Shown piece after piece: positions 24,451 through 37,815 of a DNA stretch of 64,000 nucleotides. Location of the stretch: NCBI GenBank assembly GCA_051362555.1, contig CM120642.1, positions 5,642,001 to 5,706,000 of the forward strand, given 5' to 3'. The DNA comes from Lingula anatina (taxonomy: Eukaryota; Animalia; Brachiopoda). Every line of letters begins with the position of its first letter. Positions within the stretch are counted from its first letter, which is position 1. Both the position numbers and the translations under genes were made by a program. The notes beneath the pieces are model-generated. The model was not told the DNA's origin and made no database searches. It was given only the letters and a program-made list of their open reading frames with translations.

Positions 24451-25860
24451 TCATTCTTTGCTAGTGGTGCACTGCAGGGGGGGCATAACAAGAATGTTAT
24501 TTGAATTTAGATAGCCAACCAAATTCTCATGACATCGTTGTGTATGTTTCAATAACAAATCAAAGAAGCTGCATGAGCAAGGAGGATGCTTTTATAAAAG
24601 CAAAATAAGAGAAAAAGCAGAAAATATATCGAAATTACCCTCAAAATGGCGTCCTTTCTTGTGGAATTTCGACCCTACCTCTATTTAGGAACAGTTTGTT
24701 TAGGGTTTGAATGTATTATTGAAGCAGGGAATACACCTACTGCAAGAAGATATAATAAACAGAATGTGCAAATGGTTATTTAAATAAAACTTTATTTGAA
24801 GTCACTGAAAAATGATCACAAAATTAGCTTAACTTACGATACATGCGGTGTCCCACCCCGATGAAAATTTCATCTAATCCCATCTTTCCGTATTAAAACT
24901 GTTCAATCGTCCAAAGTAGTATGTCGGTTAGTTTGTGTCACGAAGTCCATGATAATATCAGTTTTCTTAAGAATTTCACATTTATTGCTCAGCAAGGTCG
25001 ATTTTTCTTCACCGCGTCCCAATGTAACGTTCGCTACGCTGAAACTTCAGAGATCGATTTTTATCAGACGACTTTAAAATGCCGCGTGAAAATTATACAT
25101 CGATAGCGATCTTCTTCCATACTCACTAACTGATGACGTCTTACACACGAATGGCTTCTTTTGCACACTAAAAAAAAACAGCTCAAACTGGCGGGTGGCC
25201 CATTCTGATAACATGTCACGCAATGACGCTGTCGAGATAGGACATTCCACGCATGGGTTTAGCCTCTTCAAGCTATAATCCTATCGCCGCAACAAACAAT
25301 AGGGACCTTCTGGCTGATGTATCCTGCTGTTAATTACACCTAGTTACAGCGGATTGTCGCGCTTGCGCTGGACCACAGAAACCGGCGACATGGGGTTCAC
25401 TCGTATTAAGTATTGTGTTATTCCACCTAAGCTATTGTGTTTGTGCGTTCGAATTTTGAAGGGATTTATACGGCCCTCCATTGTTTGTCCGCCCCCTTCT
25501 ATTCACAAGATAGGGATTAAAACATATCAAACGTTGTTACACCGGTGTACAACGGAAACAAAATTATTCCGACCACTGTAGGTGTAATTAACAGCAGGAT
25601 ACATCAGCCAGAAGGTCCCTATTGTTTGTTGCGGCGATAGGATTATAGCTTGAAGAGGCTAAACCCATGCGTGAAATGAAATGAAATGAAATAGTTTATT
25701 CTCATTTACTGTACATTTACAGTTTAGAGAGCATATATATATATATATATATATATACATCAACCTGAAGGCTTGACCCCCTTATTCACAATACTAATGA
25801 ATTTGTACAAATTATTCAGTTTTTTCTTATTTTTCGTTGAAAATATTTCATACATTTTAA

Positions 25861-27884
25861 TTACATTCGGTCTAATACATGCTTTTTGGGAATATATAAG
25901 TTTCGACTTTCTGCAAAAAAGGTACATCTAAAGACATAATGAAATTCGTCCCCTATTTCATTTTTACACAAGTTGCATAATCTCAAATTTCTAGGTATTT
26001 TTTTCCATCTGCCCGTTTCAATTGGTAATCTATGATTTGTTGTTCTGAATCTAGCTATTGTAATTATTTTGTGTGTACATAAAGTAGAAAGTATATAATT
26101 CCTGTATTTAAACTCTGAGTTTGTGAAAATACTATAGCTTAACCCTTTACTAGAGTTGTTACAATCTGAATTCCATTCTTGTATATACTGATCCTGCAAT
26201 TTCTGTTTAACACAATTTATAAGCCATTCCTTGTTACAGACATCCTGTGTGCTAAATATATTACTTAAACCACAGTTATCCAGAATGGATTTCAGATTTC
26301 CCATCCACTTACATTCACATCCCTGCATAAATTTGTTATAAACGAGTTTATACAATATATATGAAAATTTACTTTGTTTACCTGTGAGCAAGTTTGTCCA
26401 GAATGATACAATTCTTCCTTTTATAATAATACTAATAATGGCATTCTACCTAATTCCCCATATATCATTATCTTGGGAGTGCTGGTTTTTAGATTTTATA
26501 GATATCTACAAAATTTCAAGTGCACCTGTTCTATGATTTCTAAATTACCAAATCCCCATACTTCACATCCATATAATAAAATCGGAACAATAATCTTATA
26601 AAAGAGATATAGCTGATCAACAATGCTTAGATTTAGATGCCTTGCTTTCTTAAATATCCCATACATAGCTTTAGTTGCTTTCTTTGCTGAATACCTTTTT
26701 GTTTCTGAAAATGATCCCGTTTTAGAGAAATAAACTCCTAAGTACTTGAAACAATTAACTATTTCTACATTTTGGTTATTAAAAGTAAATTTTATATTCT
26801 TTTGGGTGCGGCCCTTAGAAACTATCATGATTTTTGTCTTTTCTACATTTATTTCTAACTTCCATATCTGACAGTAGGTGGAGTAGCAATTAAGTTGATA
26901 TTGTAGATTTTCTTTTGAATCTGCTAGGAGAACCGTATCATCTGCATATAGTATGATCATTATTTGCATTAATATGTGTAGTTCATGTTCTAGTTCATCT
27001 GTTACATGTGATAAGCCTGTGACATCTTTTTGCATTAGAAATTCTTCAAGATCATTTAGAAATACTGAGAATAAGAAGGGTGATAGGTTTTCGCCCTGTC
27101 GTACTCCTGTTTTGCATGGGAAATATTCCGATAATATACCATTTAAAGATATTCTAGATTTACAGCCATTATACATGTTTACAATAACGTTCAGACATTT
27201 TCCATTTACATTGTGGTTCATTAGCTTCCCCCATAACCCTGCCCTCCATATTTTATCAAAAGCTGCTTTTAGATCTATGAAAGCACAATATAATTTCTTT
27301 TTTGATGCAACTGAAAGGTCTATAAGTGTATTTAATGTAAATATGTGATCAATGGTAGAATAGTTGGCTCGGAAGCCAGCTTGGTTTTCCTGTAACAGCA
27401 TAACGTTGTCAGAGTAATCAGTTAGTCTTTTACATAATATAGAAGTGAATACTTTACCCAGACAACTGAGTAAAGTAATTGGCCTATAGTTCTTTGGGTC
27501 ATTTATGTTTCCCTTTTGCTTATAGATTTTGAACCATTGAATGTATTCTGAGTCAGTTTCAAGTGGTTCTATAAAACTAGCTAATTGATTTTTACACCCA
27601 AGAACTATTCCACCTGAACGATAGTTTGAAAATGCTTTTCTATGTTTAGCAAAGAATGTAAAGTTTGGCAAATCAATGTTGTCTTGTTCATCAGTTTTTG
27701 ATTCTGTAAAACATACTATATCATATTTTTCAATTAGTTCTCTAAAGTCTGGGTATTGCAATCTCCTGCTTAGCCCACATACATTTAAATAAAAAAGGTT
27801 AAGATCCTCTGTTATGTCATAGTCTAGATTTGTACTGTTACTAGTGCTGTTACCTTCTCTTGGGGGGTCATTAGGATATAACAT
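25861..27884 (-). pseudogene. LINE ORF2: truncated AP endonuclease fused to RT, disrupted before the C-terminal Cys/His region
   Basis: YLNVCGL..CFTESK (EN); NYRPITLLS, FIDLKAAFD, GVRQGENLSP, YADD (RT). Stop at 26496; continuation 25861-26391 carries IETGRW..CNLC..IGDEFHYVFRC. Confidence 0.88.
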
Positions 27885-27938
27885 ATTTATTCTCAGATTA
27901 TCAAGTTCATATTGGATATTGGTGCCTTCATGGTTGTC

Positions 27939-28970
27939 CTATGTTCCATGTACCGATCCCGGTGTGGAGCGTGGGGTTTCCTGGGTTCGTTTCGCCGGTT
28001 GTTCAGAGTCGGGCACAAATAGCACGTTGTTGATATACAGTTTATCATAAACCATTACCGCTTTCTTTTGTTGTCTCTTTGCTGACTTATAAAAGGGATA
28101 GAGCATCTTTCTTTTCTCGTTAATTTCACGGGGGTATTGTTCATTTATCCCATATTTATTGTTTTCTATACCTTTGAGTGTCACCGCTCTTCTCTTAATT
28201 TTGTCTCTTACTTTAGAGTTGGCAAATTTAGCTATAATTGGTCGTGGTTTACCTGGTGTCTTTTTCCCCATTCTGTGTACTCTATGGAAAGCTGGCATGT
28301 GTTCCACCTTCATTTTATTTTCCAGAAAATCGACCAGTATGGTTTCTGTGTCTTCCTCGTCTGTTTCATCAATCCCCGTGAAAATAAGGTTATCGCGCAT
28401 GCTTCGGGCCTGTAGGTCTACTTGTTTTTCCTTCAGTGTTACGATTTCGTTTTTCAAGTGTGTAAGGTTATCTTGTACTGCGTCGATAACTTTCGTAGTT
28501 TTTGCCTCGTCCCTTTCAAGCATTTTCATATTTTTCTGCATCTCTTTCAGTTCAATTCGGTTGGTTTCTGATATTGTGTTCAAAGCACTGAGTCCATCTT
28601 CAATTTCCCCGACCTTATCTTTCATACCTTTCATCTCGTTTTTCATGGTCTCCATCGCATTCTCCATGTAAATCAGCCGGCGGTCTATTACGTCTAGCTT
28701 TTCCAGTCGTGCATTTACCTCTTCAACCTTTCTAGTAAGATTTCCAGTCAATCCATACAAGTCTCCTGGTTGGGGCACTGGTGAAACATATCCCGGGAAT
28801 TGTCCCTGGGGAGAAAACTGCAAAAACCCTTGTGGCTGCGGTGCTTGGCTCATTGCTGAACTCACACGTGGTATTGGCGTCGAGTGATTCGTTGTCACTT
28901 ATATCTTGTTGACGCTTTCTCCACTGATATCCTTTTCTTTGTTTTTCCTTTTGTTGTTTTTCTTTACCAT
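27939..28970 (-). pseudogene. LINE ORF1 (coiled coil plus L1-type RRM/CTD); in-frame ATG at 28970 followed by a stop at 28899-28901
   Basis: DLQARSMRDNLIFTGI, RVHRMGK..PRPIIAKF and INEQYPREINEKRKML motifs are typical of L1-like ORF1. Confidence 0.8.
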
Positions 28971-30387
28971 GGTATGCGGGCGTAACTATAATATTCATCA
29001 TACCTCATGCTACTAAGCTGTCAAGGTAGAGTCCTTTCAATAAAGAAGAAAATGTAGAGGACCTCGTTCATGAGCCTCTCCCACGACCGGAACCGGAACC
29101 CCACGCGAAGCGAACTGTCCTTTTGTTCAGTAGTTTGGCACGCGCAACTGGTTTTTAGTGTTGCTAACAAACTGCTAGTTAATTTTGTTATCAGTTATTT
29201 CATCCTATATGAAATTTCCGCAGTCAAAAATTGAACTAATTATTGTTTGTTGGGTTGAAATGCATGAGCGTCAGCATCAATCCGTCTCAAAAAATTCCTA
29301 TTGCATTAATTTATAAATGTATAATTTATTTATGTACTTACGTTTTAATTTGAAATATCTGCATTCAAGCGTTCAAGTATTTATAAAACATGAATGATAA
29401 TGAAAGAGGAATAAGGAAATAACATATTACTTATATTATGCTTATATTATAATATTGAAATTAAATGAGGTGCATTGACATACATGTAGGCGCAATGACA
29501 ATCCAACTACAACGTGCAACAGGGGGAAGTCTGGCTGTATGATCACACAATATACGAAAGTACGGTCAATTAAAAGTGTAAATCATCAGTTAAAGAGGAG
29601 GGGGTCTTACTATAGCTCGCTATCTATTGTTAAACCCGACTGTTGTTTTCTCTCGAACAAGCTTAAATCATGCCTATACAATTACTGTGTCTCCGGCTGC
29701 CGTTCAGAAACGCCATGTCGAACATATTTTGCTACAGTGAGAAACATGGTACACTAGCGACTTGTTTTAGATCACTTAAGAAAGGATGCATACGTGCGAC
29801 ACCAGAGGAAAAACAATCAAGTATGCATCTGATCCATTATTAGTAATTGCACAGTGCATGTTAGGAATAGGATTTTTGGATAAAAAGCTTCTATTCAACT
29901 CGCTTAGACCTAGGGCGTGATGCTATCATCCGCTGAAACACGTATCTGAACCCTCTACCTGAACCTGAAGTCCCTTTAGCTGAAACAAAAACTGCCCCTT
30001 GAACCTGTCCATTTTTTAATCGTCAAATGATTTGTGATTTCATTGAATGTCTTTGATCGAAAGCCTTCAAGTAACAATAACCGAACCATGTGCTGATTAT
30101 TTATTAAAGCGTAATTAAGTTTATTCAACATGATCTATTTTGTAAACAATACTTGCCAAGATTGAGCTTGGATTGATCACCGTCACTATTTAGCTACTCG
30201 CCTATAATGCGTGCTAAACGATAGACAACTTCAAATATTATCTGTGTAACTGTGCAAATGAACGCTTTTAGTTAAAATATAACGAAGCCGGCATTTAATC
30301 CATCGAACATATTTATATTTGTTCTTTTAAAACCAGTGTAAGGTTAACGCCAAATCAAAGCAAGCCTTGCAGACTGGTTTTGTTTAA

Positions 30388-32545
30388 CCCTCAATCACCT
30401 TTCAGGGGCCTCGCAGGCCCGGACCCATGTATCTTTTGCTCTCTCTTCGTTCGCATGAGGTTTTGAGCCTGTTCCTTTCATGTAATCCTCAAGCAACTTA
30501 TACCCCATCAATGGATAAATAATTAGTTTTGAAATAATTTACAACATATGTAGAAATTAACTTTTCCAAAAGTTAGTCCCATTTCCTGGAAACCGGGCCT
30601 CTGAGGCCCGGTCGCTTGATAATTTTACTTCCACATGGGATAAATAAGTCCATGTTACCTCAAATAGCTTTGCTATAAAATGTTTTACACAAGCAATATC
30701 ATGTGTGCTATGACTATCAGTATGGTCAATGAAATCTGCCTGTGAAAGATTCAAGACCTGGAGAAATTATTATTTATGAGTAATCGGTCACCTTGGTCAC
30801 CTGATATGCAGATATCAGTTTAAATCTATCATTATTACATACCTGATAGACTGCGCTACCTTTGCGAAACTTTCCATTTTGAGAAAAAAAACGTTTTTCT
30901 GCATTTTCCATACACAGTGTATACTCATGCACCCAGGTGGAGGTTAAGGGAGCAAGGGACTGGCGTAACATGAAAATCTGACTCCCCCAGTCAGATTTTC
31001 ATAATGAAAATCTGACTCCCCATGAAAATTTGACTCCCCCACCACAAATGTTCATAAATCTTATTTTATTTGAGTATATGACTGTGATATTGTAGTATGT
31101 AAAATGGAGGATACTTAGGCACTTTTTTTTAAGTTTGCAGGTGAATATTTTCATGAAAAAAATATGAAAATTAAAAATGTGCACTTAACCGCCCATTGTC
31201 TCCCCTTTGAAAAAGCTATTTATTTGATATTGGATGATCATTTCTACATCTTTCCTTTAAATTTACTTTATGAAGATTATATTGGAAATATTTGAAAGTT
31301 TGATGGTAAACTATTGGGTGAAAAAACTAAAAAAAAACATGAAAAATAGAAAATTAAAAATGCACATTTTATCACCCAATAACTCCCTTATGAAAAAGCT
31401 ATTTATTTGATATTTGATGATCATTCTGACATCTCTTCTATTAGGATACTTTATGAAAAATATATTGGAAATATTTAAAAGTTTGATGATAAAATAGTGA
31501 GTGAAAGAATGAAAAATAAATCATGAAAATCTTCATTTTTATACCCATGAGATTTGGATTCCCATAAAGAAAAGGACCTATTTTATATTCAGTCACCATA
31601 CCATTGTTTTCTACATAGTTTGCACAGAGATGTACATTTTGTTATTATTTGAAAGTTTGGTGGTGAAAAATTTTTAAAACAAGTATTCATCTTACTACCT
31701 GTAGGTTTTGCACTTCCATGTCAAAATGCTACATTTTTAACTCAAGAAATTGGCCCCATCGCATTTTTACTGAATTCTTCTTATATAGCATACCCAGTAT
31801 TTTACCATTCAAACTTTCAAATATTTCCAATATATTCTTCATTAAGTATCCTTAAAGAAAAGATGTCAGAATGATCATCAAATATCAAATAGATAGCCTT
31901 TTCATAGGGGAGTCATTGGGTGTTAGAATACAAATCTTTAATTTTTCTTATTTTTTATGTTTTTTTTATTATTTTTTTCACCCAATTTTTTAACTATCAA
32001 ACTTTCAAGTACTTTCAATATATTCCTCATAAAGTATCCTCAAAGAAAAGATGTCAGAATGATCATCAAATATCAAATAAATAGCTTTTTCATAGGGGGG
32101 TCATTGGGTGTTAGAATATAAATCTTTAATTTTTCTTATTTTTTAATGTGTTTTTTTTTTTAATTATTTTTTTTTCACCCAATTTTTTAACCATTAAACT
32201 TTCAAGTACTTTCAATATATTCCTCATAAAGTATCCTCAAAGAAAAGATGTTGAAATGGTCATCAAATGTCAAATAAATAGCTTTTTCATAGGGGAGTCC
32301 TTGGGTGGTAAAATACAAATCTTTAATTTTTTTTTATTTTTTCATGAAAATTTTCACCTGCAAACTAACAAAAAGTGCCAATGTGTCCTCCATTATGCAT
32401 ACTATACTACAAGATCATAGTTATTTACTCAAATTAAATTAGATTTTGAATGTTTTTTGGGGGGAGTCAGATTTTCATGGTACACCGGGCCTTTGAGGCC
32501 CGGTTTCAGGGTTTACGTAGGGTTCCATTTCCTTGTGGATGAGGG
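30388..32545. mobile_element. Non-autonomous piggyBac-type element
   Basis: TTAA TSD (30384-30387, 32546-32549) and termini CCCTCAATCAC / GTGGATGAGGG. A single TTAA is present at the empty site ~16645. GGGCCT..G.GGCCCGG motif at ~30405, ~30595 and ~32487. Confidence 0.88.
30960..32487. repeat. Foldback-like structure of ~190-bp tandem units in inverted arms
   Basis: CATGAAAATCTGACTCCCC / GGGGAGTCAGATTTTCATG ends. About 2 units in the left arm (~31150-31530) and 3 inverted units in the right arm (~31800-32345). Confidence 0.75.
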
Positions 32546-35500
32546 TTAAACTGTCGTAAATTAAGTAAAGCTAAGTAAAGCCTGTTTCTACTTCGCAGTG
32601 TTCATCCCAGCCATAAAACTGCATGAAGGATAACAAGACTCCGTAGACCTGTGCTTCAGGTTTCCAGGAGTCCCGTGTAACACAATAATATCGAAGGCCT
32701 GAGAGTAATACATATATGAGGCCGTGTATGAAAGATTTAACAAATTAGAAATTCAAGAATTTAAACATGCTAGGTATATGCACATCACTTAATAAGTCAT
32801 TTCACAAAAATCGCATCTAATTGTTTAGATTAACCTTTACTTTTATCGATCTCATCCCGTTGTCTCAACCACCTAAAAGAAATATAGAGAACATGAAGAA
32901 AAGTAACACGTTTACATGCAGGCGAAGGAGTTATACTTCAATATTAATCGCGAACAATATTAACAGCGACTAAAGACCGTTGCCTGTCTTTCACACTTTT
33001 ACACAAACACACGAAGGTTTAATAAAGGGAGTTGCGGCGCGATATCTATCTCTTTCATTCGAACAAGCAAAGGGCTGACCCGAAGTAAGCTTTCTATACT
33101 AATGTCATTTTTATTGTATATTGTAATTACTCTACTTGCTGGCCTCCATTGTCTTGTAAAAGTGACAAAGAATGTTTTCACACACGAGTTGAAAGAACTT
33201 TGCATAACTCCTTTGCCTTAAGTTGCATAATGTCTTTCTCAAGGTTATAATCAGTGTGAAGAGGGTGTCTTGCCTCATTTAAAAAGGGTGTTGTTCTTCA
33301 TACTGGTTGTTGCTTAACTTATGCTAATCTTAAGCTTTTATGTACCAATATGGTTTTAATAAATCGCCAAAATTATGACATTAATGAACATTGTGTATCA
33401 AACGTTTTGATACGATTTAAATAAATGGACAAGGAGGATTACGGTATTAGGTTCTATTTACCTCTGGCTTTAACTTCGCCCTGCTACATGTATATAAATG
33501 AACAAATGTTGCAGATCGTAACAAAAAAGTTTCTTATAGTGTTTTATGACATATATGATTTACACATTTGATAGTGAAACACTCCTCGACTTTAACGAAT
33601 CACCTGACGTAAACTGTCTACCCACGCTCCCCGAAAAAATTATTTCTTTTAATTTTGAAATGAATTGCTTTTAAGGCAAAGAAGTCCATTAAACCCTTTA
33701 GTCTCAATATCATTGTACAGCATGTTGTAATCGATATTTAAAAAAGTTAATTTTTGTACTCCGCTTTCATCGGGGATACCTCAAGTTGAGGTTCACAATT
33801 ACGTCGCTCGCCTATGCTACTGGAATATATATTTAAGGACAAATTAAGCTTTATAAAGTCCCTATTGTCACACACCATAGATACTTAATTTTGTCTTGAA
33901 TGAAAAATAGCCTCAAATTATCGTTTTGTGCTTAAACCTTTCATTACTTGAACCAAGATCTGTACTATAGCTACCAAGACGTACATGCATCATACGTCTT
34001 GGGGAGCATTTAAATGATAAACGAGGAAGTCTACCTGCAAAAGCAGCAGCAGTGGTTTAAATAATCGCTATCTAGACTCCTTTTTCTTTGACAGCAACAT
34101 AAAAAGTGTTTAGGGAGAAAGTCACACAAAGACCCGACGTTGTTTTGTCTTCAGCATTTCCTCTTCCTTGCTACATCTGCAATTACTATCGTCAATTAAT
34201 GAAATCGAGAAAGCAATTAAGTGACGGCACATTGAATATAGTCACTAGGTGCATTTCACTGAGTGTTTACAAGATCTAGCGACACATTTTATCGCCACGC
34301 GTTCTAGTTTGATTAGTTTAGAAAATTAAACAGTACGTTACTCTGACGGCTCTCCGTCATTGCTATGAATCTGACATCGAATTTAGTCCAAAATATTAGT
34401 AAATTCAGAATTATTAGCGAAAACGTAAATTGCCCTAATATGTCAGATAATCAAAAATGCTGGTGATCCACGCGGAGGGTACGCTTTCCTGAAGGTAGCG
34501 GCGACGAACGGCGACGATATTTTTCTGAATAGTGAACCTTTATTAGTGAACCTTTTTTCAACAGGCGCGTTTTATTAATTACTTCATGTCACAAAATTAA
34601 TTTATACAGGCAAAACTTTATTCAAGGAAATAGTTTCACGAAATGAACGAGAGTAAAATATAAGTCGGCACAAATATAAGTCATACAACAATGAGTCATG
34701 TTATGGATCATGTTATGGGTCATGTCGGATTATAATGGCATACCTTGATGCAAAACAGTCTATCGTTTCTTCCACCGCGAGTCCCTTTATTTAATGTAAT
34801 ATATTACTCATTACCCGTTTTCATTTGACACTCTCTTTTTATTTCCCTTCCACTTTCTCTTGTTAGAAGGAGGGTAAATAATTAAGCACTCAAAATCTGC
34901 ACCACCAATCTTCAGAAAAACATAAGTCAACGAACCAGTGGGCTGATCCACAACATCGGACACAGCAGAATGAATCAAATAACAGCTAGCACAAATTTAT
35001 ATGCAGTTAGCTATAGTGTCACTACATACATAATCAGCTGCACGCGCGAAGCTGTTGAACAAAAGGATAGTTCGCTACGGGAGACCGTTTGCTTACATAA
35101 GTACTCTAAGGGGGCGTGGCTACCCAGGCGACCAGGGGATTAGGCTAGTTACTATATGCCGTCAACAATCGTTTAGCGACCCTATCATTATACACTCTCT
35201 CTATTGTATTTTCCACCGCATTAATCGCAGTGTAATCTTCAAATGGTCCACGGGGTAAATGTACACATTCTTAATCCTAGTACGTTAGTTACAGCGGATT
35301 GTCGCGCTCGCGCTGGACCACAGAAACCGGCGACATGGGGTTCACTCGTATTAAGTATTGTGTTATTCCACCTAAGCTATTGTGTTTGTGCGTTCGAATT
35401 TTGAAGGGATTTATACGGCCCTCCATTGTTTGTCCGCCCCCTTCTATTCACAAGATAGGGATTAAAACATTTCAAACGTTGTTACACCGGTGTACAACGG

Positions 35501-35619
35501 AAACAAAATTATTCCGACCACTGTAAACCAGATGGCACTAGAAGTATCTTAAATTGTGACTCAAAGACACGTTCTTTTGGAGAAATCTAGATGTTAATTC
35601 CAAAATAGTAAGGTACCTA

Positions 35620-35898
35620 CCCAGCAACACAGCTGCACTGACTGTTAACGATCTTATTGTCAGTGCACGATAAAGTCAATGTAAGGCCATGCGGCGGGTC
35701 GCTTTTCCTCATTGACCGGTAACACTTTGCACGCACGTCCACCTCTCCCTTCTCCTTCTGCTCACAGAAACACACCGCGTGGATATACCCCTCCACAAAA
35801 TATGAGTATCCCTTTTGTTTACTACGCTTAGATAAAGTATTAGTGAAGCAACACAACGAAATTTCTCCCGGCAGAACCTCTAAACGGGTAGTCGCCAT
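35620..35898 (-). pseudogene. First exon of a transposon-associated SWIM-finger protein (ISL2EU/Kolobok accessory YqaJ-type gene)
   Basis: AACATGGCG start, then KGYSYFVEGYIH..VRAKCYRSMRK..PH..CSCVAG followed by a GTAGGT donor. Downstream exons were not found. Confidence 0.6.
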
Positions 35899-36149
35899 GT
35901 TTACACAAGTATGTGCTTTTTGTCCTACTTCCGGGCGTCGCTAGGCAAAAATTGAAGTGGGCGGAGCTAAGGGATCGGTGTATTAGTGGAGCAATCCCTG
36001 GAAAAGCTGGATCCAGCATTCTGTTGACATACAGCAGCTATAAATATGCAAAAGGACACTTCAAAAGTTACATTGTTAAAGAATATATATTTATTTCAGT
36101 ATTTCAAGGCTTTTATCAAAATTACAAAGTTCCAATTATGTATCAGTTA

Positions 36150-36661
36150 AGGGGCCCGCACACGGTGAGCATTTGGCGCGCGCCACTTGCGCTGCGCCGT
36201 TTTCTCATCGTGTGCGGGGGTATTTTGGTGAGATTTTTGCCTCACGCGCGGCTGAGCAAAATTTATCACGTGTTTGATTTTTTTTGGCCTCTTGAGGCAA
36301 ATGTCTCAGCGTGTGCGGGGTGCAAGCGCCGATTGCTTACGCCATGCTAACAATGTGCATGTGCCGGTAGCCGGAAACAAACAAAAATGGCAGCCCCCAG
36401 CGAAGTCAACAAAAATGTACACAGTTATAGTTAGTCTGATTGATTAACGTGGTCACCATTATCCATTACTATCAGAAAAAACAACAATATGTAATGTTTC
36501 CTTAATCACATGATCCCACAGTTCGCGGTGCGTCCGATAGGGGCAGGCCGGGAGGTATCTCTGCTGAGCAAAGAGCGCATCGTTTGCGGAGAGCTGAGGA
36601 GCGCGAGCATCTGGCGCAGCGCAAGTGGCGCGCGTCGAATGCTCACCGTGTGCGGACCCCT
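36150..36661. mobile_element. PIF/Harbinger-type MITE with TTA TSD
   Basis: ~48-bp TIR AGGGGCCCGCACACGGTGAGCATT..GCGCGCCACTTGCGCTGCGCC. TTA at 36147-36149 and 36662-36664. Confidence 0.88.
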
Positions 36662-36859
36662 TTATAGTAGCAATAACAGCTGTTACTGAATACATAATAA
36701 CAATAGCAAATGATTACTCTTGACCTGCATATAAAATAGTTTTATACTTGTATGGAATATTTTTGTTTCTATTTTCGTGTCTAATCATCAGTATATGATT
36801 AGAACAGTGAAATTTAGAGAAATCAGATACAAATACGTAAAGCATCTTCTGCTGAAACA

Positions 36860-37815
36860 TTTAGAAAATGCTTGTGTGAATGAACTTAGATCTTGGCTCA
36901 AGTCCAACTAGGCCCCTACTTAGTTTTTAATGATGAAAAAATTGAATTAGTCCATTTCAACTCTAAGTTTTCCAAAGACAATATTGCACTTGATAGTATT
37001 AGAGTTGGGGATTCTTTTATAAAACCAACAACAGAAGTAAGGAACTTGGGTGTTATTTTTAATAACAAATGTGAAATGACATCACACATTAACAAAGTAT
37101 GTAAAACAGCATATTTTAGTCTCCAACGGATATCCAAGATCTTTCACCTTATTAACACCAAGCAAACTGAATTACTCATCCATGCATTTGTAACGTCTAG
37201 ACTGGATTATTGCAATAGCCTATTGTTTGGAATACCTAACTATCAAATGGAAAAGCTACAATCAATTCAGAACTCTGCTGCTCGTCTCCTCTGTAAAGCT
37301 CAGAAGTCCGACCACATCACACCAATTCTGCGAAACCTCCACTGGCTACCCGTGTCTCAACGAATAGTTTTTAAAATATTACTTTTGACTTTTAAGATTT
37401 TAAAGGGCGACTGTCCATTTTAGTTAAACTCTACCATAGAACTTTTAACTCCTATCAGATCACTTCGATCTAGTGGACAACTTCAACTTAAGCAAAAAGT
37501 CACTAAAAAGACTCTTAAGACATATGGACACAGAAGTTTCGAGATTTGTGCACCGATTTTATGGTCTAATTTTATCACAAGATCTAATGTGTCTCTGGAT
37601 GACTCATATTACTGTTTTAAGAAGAATTTAAGACCTTTTTATTTAAAGAATACTTTAATTTATAGCATCTTTTTAGTTTTTAAAATTTTTAAGTATCCTG
37701 TTTTTAGTCTATACTGGCTTTAATTTATCTGTGGAATTTATATTTTTTATGTAAACAGCGCTGAGACGCATGTGTAGCGCGGTTTTAAAGAAGTGTTTTT
37801 TTATTATTATTATTA
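36860..37815 (+). mobile_element. 5'-truncated L2/CR1-group LINE fragment (copy 1)
   Basis: ORF 36893-37423 with HAFVTSRLDYCNSLL..QNSAARL..HITPILRNLHWLPV and a (TTA)n tail. Near-identical to 52887-53749. The 5' boundary is approximate. Confidence 0.85.

Larger units (their letters stand above)
25673..29100 (-). mobile_element. RTEX-like non-LTR retrotransposon, internally deleted
   Basis: ORF1 plus endonuclease/RT ORF2, and an (ATTTC)n 3' tail at ~25672-25692. Inserted at GCGTG|CCACG of repeat X without an obvious TSD. Confidence 0.85.
25579..35284 (-). mobile_element. Inverted copy of repeat X interrupted by a LINE and a piggyBac-type element
   Basis: Reverse complement of 13889-18050 once 25673-29100 and 30388-32549 are removed. 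Confidence 0.85.

Noticed and set aside
25354-25581. 75-aa ORF repeated at 35299-35526
   Set aside because: It has a TTG start and lies in repeat U. Conservation reflects DNA copy identity only, with no protein motif.
25248-35525. DIRS/Ngaro split-direct-repeat or KolobokP interpretation of U-X-U
   Set aside because: There is no tyrosine recombinase, RT or transposase remnant in X and no TTAA TSD, so support is insufficient.
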